Origin: an uncultured archaeon
GTDB lineage: Archaea; Asgardarchaeota; Thorarchaeia; Thorarchaeales; Thorarchaeaceae
Assembly: GCA_964648855.1 (NCBI GenBank)
Contig: CAZYLT010000004.1
Coordinates: 199,532-231,531 of the forward strand
DNA length: 32,000 nt
Direction of reading: 5' to 3'
The notes beneath the pieces were generated by a model, which worked only from the letters and a program-made list of their open reading frames with translations, had not been told where the DNA came from and ran no database searches. Both the position numbers and the translations under genes were made by a program. Shown here in pieces: positions 1 to 7,429 of this stretch (the first letter of the stretch is position 1; each line of letters opens with the position of its first letter).

Positions 1-286
1 ACGCAATACTGAGGCCAATTTGATTTCGAAGTGAATGATCCCCCTCAAAAAACAGCTCTCTTCCGTGCTTAATTAGTGAAAGTACCACCAAAGTCATGAC
101 ATAGTACTGGAACGAAACTACTACTGAGATAGCAAGTCCTTGGAACGGATCTGTTAGGTTCGGAGTCAGCGAACCAAAAATCAACAACCACCCTGATATG
201 ATTCCAGTGGATACCAACGCTAAAATGAAACTGAAGTTATACCACGAGTTTGTAAGCAATATCTTGAAACCTTTAATGAACCTCAT
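1..286 (-). CDS. Hypothetical membrane protein, partial (runs off left edge; alternative ATG at 301)
   Basis: Manual translation from ATG at 286: MRFIKGFKILLTNSWYNFSFILALVSTGIISGWLLIFGSLTPNLTDPFQGLAISVVVSFQYYVMTLVVLSLIKHG..., with no stop before position 1 and two hydrophobic stretches. Absent from the ORF track because it is incomplete. Confidence 0.65.
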   Translation of the reverse strand, partial: MRFIKGFKILLTNSWYNFSFILALVSTGIISGWLLIFGSLTPNLTDPFQGLAISVVVSFQYYVMTLVVLSLIKHGRELFFEGDHSLRNQIGLSIA

Positions 287-465
287 TCTTAACACGACCA
301 TTTCTTCGAAGGAACTGAAGGTAGTTCTCCGGTCGAAACGTAACGGAGTAATAATGTTGTCCGGGATGTATTCGAATTGATAGACACCAAAAGGGAATTA
401 CAGGCTCCGTTTCGATAGCTTGCTGAATAAACTAAACTCAAGTTATGGATATCTTTGGTCACTAG

Positions 466-480
466 GCAAGTTTTAAAAAC
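466..480. promoter_or_regulatory. Putative TATA box (palindromic TTTTAAAA at 471-478) between the divergent membrane gene and rpl3
   Basis: AT-rich box about 80 nt upstream of the rpl3 ATG; the same GTTTTAAAA core occurs upstream of the Lsm gene (5576-5584, minus). Confidence 0.4.
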
Positions 481-560
481 AGACTCCCACTTGGCGGCTG
501 TTGTAGTAGTATGAATAGCCCAGTCTAAAGGCCGTTCGTTACAATGAAAAGGTGTTGTAA

Positions 561-1568
561 ATGGCACACAGAAAGAAGCATGCACCAAAACGTGGCAGTC
601 TAGCTTTCTTGCCACGTGGCAGGGCTCCCAAATTTGTGCCTCGCATCAAGAACTGGCCTGAGTATGACGACTCGGCTGCAAAACTACTTGGATTCGTCGG
701 TTACAAGGCCGGCATGACACATGCAGTAGCGACTGTTAACAATCCCGATAGTCCATTCAAGGGGCAGGAAACTGTTATTCCAGTAACAGTGATTGATACT
801 CCCCCTGTACGGCCTTTCTCAATCCGGGGTTATGAAAGAACTCCATACGGGTTGAAACTAGTAACAGAGGTACTGGCAGAGGATCTATCAGAAGATCTTC
901 GCAGAGCTATGCCTTTGCCCAAGGAACATGACCGTGAAGCCAAGTTAGAAGAGCTCGAAGAAAGAATCGACTCAATTGCCGAGATTCGAATGCTGATACA
1001 TACTCAGCCACGACTTGCCGGGGTACCAAAGAAGAGACCCGATATTATGGAATACAAGATTGGCGCTCCTACAGTACAGGATGCCCTCGAATACGCAAAA
1101 GAAATACTTGGAACAGATGTCCGAGTTGCAGATATTTTTGAAGAGGGTATGCTCGTAGACTCAATAGCAGTTACAAAGGGTCACGGTTTCCAAGGCACTG
1201 TACGCAGATGGGGTGTCAGAATTCTTCAACATAAGTCGCGAAAGACTAAGCGTGGAATTGGATGCTTAGGCCCATGGTCTCCAACCAACATCAGATATAC
1301 TGTACCTCAACCAGGTCAAACTGGTTTCCATTCTCGTACCAACTTCAACAATGCTATTGTGAAGCTGGGAGAACGTGGAGAAGAGATTACACCTGATGGT
1401 GGTTTCGTAAACTTTGGAGTCATTCGTGGTGACTATGTGATGGTAAAGGGATCAGTCCCCGGACCGGTCAAGAGGCCGGTCAGACTCCGTTATCCAATAC
1501 GTCCTACTAAAGGGCATGAAGTCAAGCCATTAACTGTGAGCTACATCAGTACCACATCAAAGCAGTAG
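561..1568 (+). CDS. rpl3: 50S ribosomal protein L3 (uL3), archaeal type
   Basis: N-terminal HAPKRGSLAFLPR, GYKAGMTH, TKGHGFQGTVRRWG, GQTGFHSRT and KGSVPGP motifs. Confidence 0.97.
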   Translation: MAHRKKHAPKRGSLAFLPRGRAPKFVPRIKNWPEYDDSAAKLLGFVGYKAGMTHAVATVNNPDSPFKGQETVIPVTVIDTPPVRPFSIRGYERTPYGLKLVTEVLAEDLSEDLRRAMPLPKEHDREAKLEELEERIDSIAEIRMLIHTQPRLAGVPKKRPDIMEYKIGAPTVQDALEYAKEILGTDVRVADIFEEGMLVDSIAVTKGHGFQGTVRRWGVRILQHKSRKTKRGIGCLGPWSPTNIRYTVPQPGQTGFHSRTNFNNAIVKLGERGEEITPDGGFVNFGVIRGDYVMVKGSVPGPVKRPVRLRYPIRPTKGHEVKPLTVSYISTTSKQ

Positions 1569-1584
1569 GTGGAGTTGAGAATCG

Positions 1585-2373
1585 ATGGCAACTGTAAAAA
1601 CATATTCACTAAAGGGTAAGGCAGGTTCCAAGCTAGATTTACCACCCCAGTTTGAAACTCCTTATCGTCCAGATGTAATCAAGAGAGCAGTCTTAGCCCT
1701 CCGGTCCCGTAGGTATCAACCTCATGGCGTTGATGTCCGAGCCGGTAAGAAGACAACTGCTGAAAGCTGGGGTGTTGGTCATGGTCGTTCACGAATTCCG
1801 CGTGTAAAGGGCGGAGGAACTCCTGCAGCAAACAAGGCAGGACTTGCCCCTAGCACCGTTGGCGGCCGACAAGCACATCCTCCTGAAGCCAGAAAATCTC
1901 TTGTTGAACGAATTAACAAAAAGGAAAATCGTTTGGCTATCCGTTCCGCAATTGCAGCAACAGCAAATCCAGAGCGCGTTAGTTCTCGAGGTCATGTGAT
2001 TGATTCATTGCCCGAGCTTCCGTTGGTGATTGATGATAAGCTTCAGTCACTTACCACAACCAAAGAGGTTCAAGATGTAGTTGAATCTCTAGGGCTTGAC
2101 CAAGATTTACAGAGATCTATTCAAGGTCGTTCTGTTAGATCCGGCAAAGGCAAGATGCGTGGCCGAAAAATGAAGACCCCGAAATCATTTCTGATTGTTG
2201 TGGGCGAGGATCAAGGAATCGGGCAAGCAGCACGAAATCTCCCAGGAGTTGACATAGTTGAAGTGCATGGGCTTAATGCTGAGCTTTTAGCTCCAGGGAC
2301 ACATCCTGGACGACTTGTTTTGTGGACCAAGTCCGCAATGGAGCGGCTAAGAGAGGAGAATCTATTCAACTGA
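1585..2373 (+). CDS. rpl4: 50S ribosomal protein L4 (uL4)
   Basis: AESWGVGHGRSRIPRV, GKGKMRGR and LLAPGTHPGRL motifs; directly follows rpl3. Confidence 0.97.
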   Translation: MATVKTYSLKGKAGSKLDLPPQFETPYRPDVIKRAVLALRSRRYQPHGVDVRAGKKTTAESWGVGHGRSRIPRVKGGGTPAANKAGLAPSTVGGRQAHPPEARKSLVERINKKENRLAIRSAIAATANPERVSSRGHVIDSLPELPLVIDDKLQSLTTTKEVQDVVESLGLDQDLQRSIQGRSVRSGKGKMRGRKMKTPKSFLIVVGEDQGIGQAARNLPGVDIVEVHGLNAELLAPGTHPGRLVLWTKSAMERLREENLFN

Positions 2374-2384
2374 GGTGCTTATGA

Positions 2385-2648
2385 ATGAAGGATCCGAACT
2401 TGATAATTATACGGCCGGTGGTAACAGAAGCCAGTCTTGAGGGAGTAGACCAAGAGAACAAGTTGGCATTCTATGTTGACCGCAAAGCCAACAAGAACCA
2501 GATTCGATGGGCAGTTGAATCTCTCTATGAGGTCATCGTTGAGAAGGTGAATACACTAATCATGCCTGACGGAACAAAGAAGGCATTTGTGCGACTTGCA
2601 CCTGAATACAGTGCTGCTGAAGTTGCAACTAATCTGGGTATATTCTAG
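2385..2648 (+). CDS. rpl23: 50S ribosomal protein L23 (uL23)
   Basis: PVVTE...ENKLAFYVD..ANK, KVNTLI and KKAFVRL motifs; SD GAGGTG upstream. Confidence 0.96.
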   Translation: MKDPNLIIIRPVVTEASLEGVDQENKLAFYVDRKANKNQIRWAVESLYEVIVEKVNTLIMPDGTKKAFVRLAPEYSAAEVATNLGIF

Positions 2649-2659
2649 GAGGCGTTCAA

Positions 2660-3379
2660 ATGGGAAAACGAATTCTTGTTCAAAGAAAAGGTCGCGGAAC
2701 GCAACAATGGAGAAGTCCGAAGCACAAGAAGATTGCTCCGGCACGACACCCAAAATGGGCACCTGACAAGACGTATGTTGGAAAAATAACTCGTCTTGTG
2801 CATGAGCCTGGTCGAGGTGCTCCTCTGGCTGAGATTGACTATGAGGGGGTACAGAAGCTCCATCACATGGTCGCTCCAGAGGGATCGTATATCGGTCAGG
2901 AAATTGAATGTGGTGAGGATGCCCCACTCGCAAATGGGAACACTCTGATGCTTGAACACATTCCAGAGGGAACTCCCATCTTCAATATTGAAGGCAGTCC
3001 GGGTGATGGAGGCAAATTTGTTCGTTCTTCGGGGTTGACTGCAACAATTGTTTCAACCGATGAGAACAAATCTATGGTTAGATTACCCAGTGGGACTCAG
3101 AAAGTCTTCAGTCCACGCTGCAGGGCAACTATTGGCATTGTCGCCGGCGGCGGAAGACCCGAGAAGCCATTCCTAAAGGCTGGTTCAGTCTGGCATCACA
3201 CCCGTGGAAAGGCCCGTAAGTGGCCAGTGACCCGTGGTGCTGCAATGAACGCCGCATCGCACCCACATGGTGGCGGTTCACACCAGTCTCCTGGTAGGCC
3301 AACGACTGTAAGCAGAAATGCCCCCCCTGGAAGAAAAGTGGGTAACATTGCAGCCAGAAGAACTGGTAGGAAAAAGTAA
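2660..3379 (+). CDS. rpl2: 50S ribosomal protein L2 (uL2)
   Basis: MGKRILVQRKGRG, HEPGRGAPLA, RGAAMNAASHPHGGG and PPGRKVGNIAARRTG motifs; SD GGAGG. Confidence 0.97.
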   Translation: MGKRILVQRKGRGTQQWRSPKHKKIAPARHPKWAPDKTYVGKITRLVHEPGRGAPLAEIDYEGVQKLHHMVAPEGSYIGQEIECGEDAPLANGNTLMLEHIPEGTPIFNIEGSPGDGGKFVRSSGLTATIVSTDENKSMVRLPSGTQKVFSPRCRATIGIVAGGGRPEKPFLKAGSVWHHTRGKARKWPVTRGAAMNAASHPHGGGSHQSPGRPTTVSRNAPPGRKVGNIAARRTGRKK

Positions 3380-3389
3380 TACAGAAACT

Positions 3390-3421
3390 TGAGGAGAAGA
3401 CTCTCCTCATCTTCTTTCTTT
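3390..3421 (+). terminator. Hairpin plus pyrimidine tract ending the ribosomal protein cluster
   Basis: TGAGGAGA-agac-TCTCCTCA (8-bp stem, 3390-3409) followed by TCTTCTTTCTTT. Confidence 0.6.
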
Positions 3422-3525
3422 ATAGTATTGAATACAATCTCTATACCCTTTGTCAGAGTGAGCATTTCCAAGGTAATACATGGACACATATCCATCTATA
3501 ACCAGACCCTTACAGAGGCCTATCT

Positions 3526-3708
3526 ATGCGACTAATAGCCGTGCATCTTCCAGAGCGAATAATTGATGACATTGAGCGTCTGATAGAAAATGGACTCTAT
3601 CCGAATCGTTCCGAGGCCATACGAATTGCAATACGTGACTTGCTGAAACAGGAGCTTTGGGGACGCGGCACCGATCGCAATGCAAGGATGAGTGAAATCA
3701 TAGGATGA
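3526..3708 (+). CDS. Ribbon-helix-helix (CopG/Arc/MetJ) regulator, CdrS-like
   Basis: MRLIAVHLP beta-ribbon plus YPNRSEAIRIAIRDLL; its stop overlaps the ftsZ start (ATGA), the arrangement known for haloarchaeal cdrS-ftsZ2. Confidence 0.85.
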   Translation: MRLIAVHLPERIIDDIERLIENGLYPNRSEAIRIAIRDLLKQELWGRGTDRNARMSEIIG

Positions 3709-4970
3709 AGTCACTGATAGATGCGGCCAGAGAACATGGCCGTGGCGAGAGAAGAACCCCAGAGAAGCGTGATGTTGGTCAAGCTCGAATTGTTGTTGTA
3801 GGCTGTGGTGGTGCAGGAAACAACACCGTGAAGCGGCTGATGACTATAGGTGTTCAGGGTGCGGAGTGTATAGCTATCAATACTGACCGTCAACATCTTG
3901 CAGTTACGACTGCCCATCGAAAACTCCTGATTGGTGAAACAATCACACGTGGCTTGGGGGCTGGTGGATACCCTCACGTTGGGCAGGCTGCTGCAGAAGA
4001 GTCCGCACGTCAGATAACTGAATTACTTCGTGATGCAGACCTTGTGTTCATCGCGGCTGGTATGGGAGGAGGCACGGGGACTGGAAGTGCTCCCATCGTG
4101 GCAGAGATAGCAAAGAAAAACGATGCTATTGTTGTAGGCGTTGTCACAATGCCCTTCAGCCTTGAGAGGACACGCATTGACAAGGCTAAGGTTGGTCTTG
4201 CAAGGCTGCAGGAATATGCGGATACTGTGGTAGTAATTGATAATCAGAAGCTTATGGATTTAGTACCGGACTTACCTCTTGAGGAAGCTTTTGGAGTTGC
4301 AGACGAAGTACTTGCAGGAATGACGAAAGGAATCACTGAAACTATCACCATGCCCAGTCTAATCAATCTGGATTATGCGGATGTTCGCTCCATTATCTGC
4401 AATGGCGGTGTCGCTTTAGTAGGCTTGGGAGAAGCCAGCGGGTCCGATAGGGCTGAAGAAGCCATAGAGAATGCCCTGAATAGTCCTCTTCTGGAAGTAG
4501 AATGGTCGGGCTCGACAGGTGCATTGATTCATATCACGGGGGGGCCCGACATGTCACTGGCAGAGGCCAATGGCGTAGGCGAGAAAATATCAGAGAAGAT
4601 GAGCAAGGATGCCAATGTAATTTGGGGCGCCAGGGTTGACCCACGTCTAACAGGTATGCTCAGGGTTATGCTTATTCTGACAGGTGTCAAAAGCCCTCAA
4701 TTGCTTGCTCGGAGCAAGGAAGAGTCCGAAAAACCAAAGACAAGAAGTAGTCTCTCCCATCTAGGTGTTGCCCACTCTTCAGCCGGCTCGCTCGATCCTC
4801 GGAGGATAAAGGATGAATTCCGTTCGATTGGAAAGATACCCTCCACGGGCGCTCGTTCATGGGAAGAACGACTGAAGCCCCTGGAAAAACGGCTCTCGGG
4901 CAAGAAACCTGTCCCAGAACAAAAGAACAAGCAGAACCTTGATGACTTAGGACTACGAAGGATTCTGTAG
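3705..4970 (+). CDS. ftsZ: Cell division GTPase FtsZ (FtsZ2-like)
   Basis: [14 protein letters not shown], tubulin signature [10 protein letters not shown]7 loop [17 protein letters not shown] and NVIWGAR motifs; long C-terminal tail. Confidence 0.96.
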   Translation: MKSLIDAAREHGRGERRTPEKRDVGQARIVVVGCGGAGNNTVKRLMTIGVQGAECIAINTDRQHLAVTTAHRKLLIGETITRGLGAGGYPHVGQAAAEESARQITELLRDADLVFIAAGMGGGTGTGSAPIVAEIAKKNDAIVVGVVTMPFSLERTRIDKAKVGLARLQEYADTVVVIDNQKLMDLVPDLPLEEAFGVADEVLAGMTKGITETITMPSLINLDYADVRSIICNGGVALVGLGEASGSDRAEEAIENALNSPLLEVEWSGSTGALIHITGGPDMSLAEANGVGEKISEKMSKDANVIWGARVDPRLTGMLRVMLILTGVKSPQLLARSKEESEKPKTRSSLSHLGVAHSSAGSLDPRRIKDEFRSIGKIPSTGARSWEERLKPLEKRLSGKKPVPEQKNKQNLDDLGLRRIL

Positions 4971-5083
4971 GCCTTTTCACTCCCTTACGGCTTGACACAG
5001 ATGTCTGATGTCTGTTTTTGTGGTCTACTTGAATCTAGTTTCGTCTAGTTGATAATTCCAATGTGATATTGGTTCATATCATA

Positions 5084-5518
5084 CTATTCGAGCAAGCCTC
5101 TATCTCGAAGCCATGGCTCCGCTACTTGCACAACCCGTTCATAGAGTGGTCCGACACCATCAACGCCCTCAGGCGTAATTCTGATTTTGTTCATAATTAC
5201 TATAACAGACGTTTCAGGAAAGTATCTCACACCACCAGGTGGGAATTGCTTTTCTAGTTCCTTGGCGAGGCCCTCAAGACTGACTTCTTTCTCTGCTACG
5301 GCAAAGGAAGTGATACTTTCACCATAGATGAACATCTTGGGAATCTCTTCGCCTTCACTTGGAATGACTTCAGAGAGAACGATACTCATGCTGTTTTGAT
5401 CGATTCCAACCAATGTACCCGTGTATTCCTTACCATTCTTCAATTCTACCGTAATGGTCGCGCCAACAACCTGTGCCATCTCGCGGTTGAAGGCTCTCAT
5501 AGCTGCTACATCAGACAT
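5084..5518 (-). CDS. Sm-like (Lsm) archaeal protein with C-terminal domain, SmAP3-type
   Basis: Sm1 motif ITVELKNGKEYTGTLVGID..MSIVL and Sm2 MFIYGESI, plus a ~70-aa C-terminal domain; 144 aa; SD AGGTGA. Confidence 0.85.
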   Translation of the reverse strand: MSDVAAMRAFNREMAQVVGATITVELKNGKEYTGTLVGIDQNSMSIVLSEVIPSEGEEIPKMFIYGESITSFAVAEKEVSLEGLAKELEKQFPPGGVRYFPETSVIVIMNKIRITPEGVDGVGPLYERVVQVAEPWLRDRGLLE

Positions 5519-5605
5519 CTTGTTTCACCTTGTAAGCTGTAAATCTGAGCTTACTCACACGGCGATTTGCTGTTGTTTTAAAACCTCTGCTGTAGCTAGT
5601 GAGGG

Positions 5606-5649
5606 AAAAAATAGAGGGGGCGAAGCAGAGAATGACGCTCTGCCTTCGC
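5606..5649 (-). terminator. GC-rich hairpin plus U-tract downstream of the repeat-peptide ORF
   Basis: Minus strand GCGAAGGCAGAG-cgtcatt-CTCTGCTTCGC (11 bp, one bulge), then CCCCTCTATTTTTT. Confidence 0.7.
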
Positions 5650-5673
5650 TGTGTATCACCCAGTAGAACTTCT

Positions 5674-5796
5674 CTACCAGGGTTCCTGTTCGCTATCTGG
5701 GGGAAAGTCGCCAGGTCCAATGGTCCATGGTTCTTGCTCAGAGTCTGGCGGGAAGTCGCCAGGTCCAATTTTCAGTTCGTCAGTGTTTGCGGTCAT
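5674..5796 (-). CDS. Unannotated 40-aa acidic tandem-repeat peptide MTANTDELK-IGPGDFPPDSEQEPW-T-IGPGDFPPDSEQEPW
   Basis: ATG at 5796, TAG at 5676-5674. The two 45-nt units differ at 9 nt in 7 codons, all synonymous in this frame, and a terminator follows. Below the ORF-track size cutoff. Confidence 0.85.
   Translation of the reverse strand: MTANTDELKIGPGDFPPDSEQEPWTIGPGDFPPDSEQEPW
5677..5769 (-). repeat. Imperfect direct repeat: 2 x 45 nt, period 48 nt
   Basis: Units 5769-5725 and 5721-5677 both begin ATTGGACCTGGCGACTT on the minus strand. Confidence 0.95.
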
Positions 5797-6058
5797 TTTT
5801 GTTCAGATATTAATTGGTATGTAGCACACTAAATCCCACATGAGAAGAAAGTCGAATTCTGATACCTCAAAGCAACATTCTGAGAACTAATCCCGGACCA
5901 AAAACACCGCAAGAAGACGTGGAGAATATATAGCTAGAAGTGAAACATATTGTTTCCGTTCATTTTAGACCCGACAAGAGTTCACCACCGAATGTTAATG
6001 TACACTGCTGTTGCCCTAGAGAATGTATTATTAGGCAACTACACTGAACTCGAACCAA

Positions 6059-6895
6059 GTGGCAAATATGTCTACGGCAAAGCACTTTGCATTAAAGTAT
6101 CTGCGTCAGGAAGCCTTACCAACGCCATTCTGCGCCGCCTGCGGCAACGGAATTATTGCCAACTCATTTCTCAAAGCCTTGAAGGACTTGGGTCATGAGG
6201 ATCTACGCAAGTTCGCCTTTGTTTCCGGGATTGGCTGCGGAGCTTGGTTGACATCCCCTCATTTTCAGGCTGACACGATTCATACGACTCATGGGCGCGC
6301 AGTTGCCTTTGCCACTGGCCTCAAAATGGCGCGACCAGAGCTACAAGTCGTCGTGATCTCCGGAGATGGAGATTTGGCTACTATCGGCGGAAATCATCTG
6401 ATTCATGCAGCTAGACGCAATATCGATATGACCGTAATCATGAGCAACAATCACAACTATGGCATGACCGGCGGACAAGTATCCGCAACTACATTCACTG
6501 GTGATACAACATCTACAACTCCATACGGCAACCCCGAGCGTCCCTTTGATATATCCCGCTTGGTGGCTGCTGCAGGGGCGAACTTTGTGGCCCGTTGGAC
6601 CACTGCCCACCCAAATCAAGCTGCACGAGCAATCAAGACCGCTTTGAGGAGAGAAGGGTTCTCATTTGTTGAGATGCTGAGCCAATGTCCAACAGCGTAC
6701 GGAAGAAGAGCCAAAATTGGCAAGCCTCAGGACTTCATTGATTGGTATAAGAAACTACCAATACGCAAGAGGGATGAACCTCTCACTCATACGATACCAA
6801 CGCCTGAGGGAACTGACCTTGGCGTGTTTGTGGATCGAAATGAGCCAGGATTCAAGAACGCCGTTGATGCCATGACGAAACGAGCTAAGGAGTAA
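6059..6895 (+). CDS. 2-oxoacid:ferredoxin oxidoreductase beta subunit (KorB-like, TPP-binding); start may be ATG 6068
   Basis: FCAACG, SGIGC, HTTHGRA, GDGD..IGGNH, NNHNYGMTGGQ and SQCPT motifs. Confidence 0.92.
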   Translation: MANMSTAKHFALKYLRQEALPTPFCAACGNGIIANSFLKALKDLGHEDLRKFAFVSGIGCGAWLTSPHFQADTIHTTHGRAVAFATGLKMARPELQVVVISGDGDLATIGGNHLIHAARRNIDMTVIMSNNHNYGMTGGQVSATTFTGDTTSTTPYGNPERPFDISRLVAAAGANFVARWTTAHPNQAARAIKTALRREGFSFVEMLSQCPTAYGRRAKIGKPQDFIDWYKKLPIRKRDEPLTHTIPTPEGTDLGVFVDRNEPGFKNAVDAMTKRAKE

Positions 6896-6901
6896 TCTGG
6901 A

Positions 6902-7429
6902 ATGCGAAAAGAAATACGAATTGCGGGAACCGGGGGTATGGGTGTAGTTCTTGCGGGTGTAATAGTCGGTCATGCGGCGGTGGTTCATGCTGGATTGAAT
7001 GCTGTTCAGAGTCAAAGCTATGGATCAGAGGCTCGAGGAACCGCAGCTAAGAGTGAGGTTATCATCAGCGATGGACAAATTAAATATCCAAAGGTTCGTG
7101 GCTCGGATTATTTTGTTGTAATGAGCCAGAAGGCATTGGAGTTATACATTGATGATTCTAAGAAGGGTAGCGTAGTCATAGCAGACCCTGATTTGGTAGA
7201 CTTCTCTTCTATTACTGAACAATACGAGGTAGTGCCCATTCAGGCCATTAAGACTGCAGATGAAATTGGATTACGCCTCGCTGCGAATATGGTCATGCTA
7301 GGCGCATTGGCGAAAAAATCGAGAATATTTTCAATCGAAGCATTAGAGAGAGCGGTTGCCGACATGGCTCCCAAAAAATACCTTGATAAAAACATAGAGG
7401 CGCTCAGAGCAGGAGTGGACCTGATTTAG
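6902..7429 (+). CDS. 2-oxoacid:ferredoxin oxidoreductase gamma subunit (KorC-like)
   Basis: IRIAGTGGMG, QSYGSEARG and ANMVMLGAL motifs; 6 nt after the beta subunit. Confidence 0.92.
   Translation: MRKEIRIAGTGGMGVVLAGVIVGHAAVVHAGLNAVQSQSYGSEARGTAAKSEVIISDGQIKYPKVRGSDYFVVMSQKALELYIDDSKKGSVVIADPDLVDFSSITEQYEVVPIQAIKTADEIGLRLAANMVMLGALAKKSRIFSIEALERAVADMAPKKYLDKNIEALRAGVDLI

Noticed and set aside
198-615. ORF-track calls 198-380 (+) and 289-615 (-)
   Set aside because: They overlap the better-supported partial membrane gene, the promoter region and rpl3, and have no protein-like features.
5656-5681. Pyrrolysine read-through of the hairpin-embedded TAG
   Set aside because: Read-through would add only RSSTG before an in-frame TGA, and no pyl genes are visible.
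5511-5768. ORF-track 85-aa ORF (MDLATSRQ...) and the plus-strand 5599-5832 ORF covering the repeat
   Set aside because: In these frames the two units differ non-synonymously (DLATSRQTLSKNHG vs DLATFPQIANRNPG) and the ORFs run through the terminator. Only the 5674-5796 frame keeps the units identical.
5677-5769. Repeat read as a mini CRISPR array or tandem riboswitch
   Set aside because: There are only two copies, the putative spacers are themselves homologous with codon-patterned differences, no cas genes are present, and I recognise no aptamer consensus.
5950-6198. 82-aa ORF as a remnant of the missing oxidoreductase alpha or delta subunit
   Set aside because: It has no ferredoxin cysteines or alpha-subunit motifs and is mostly an alternative frame of the beta gene.
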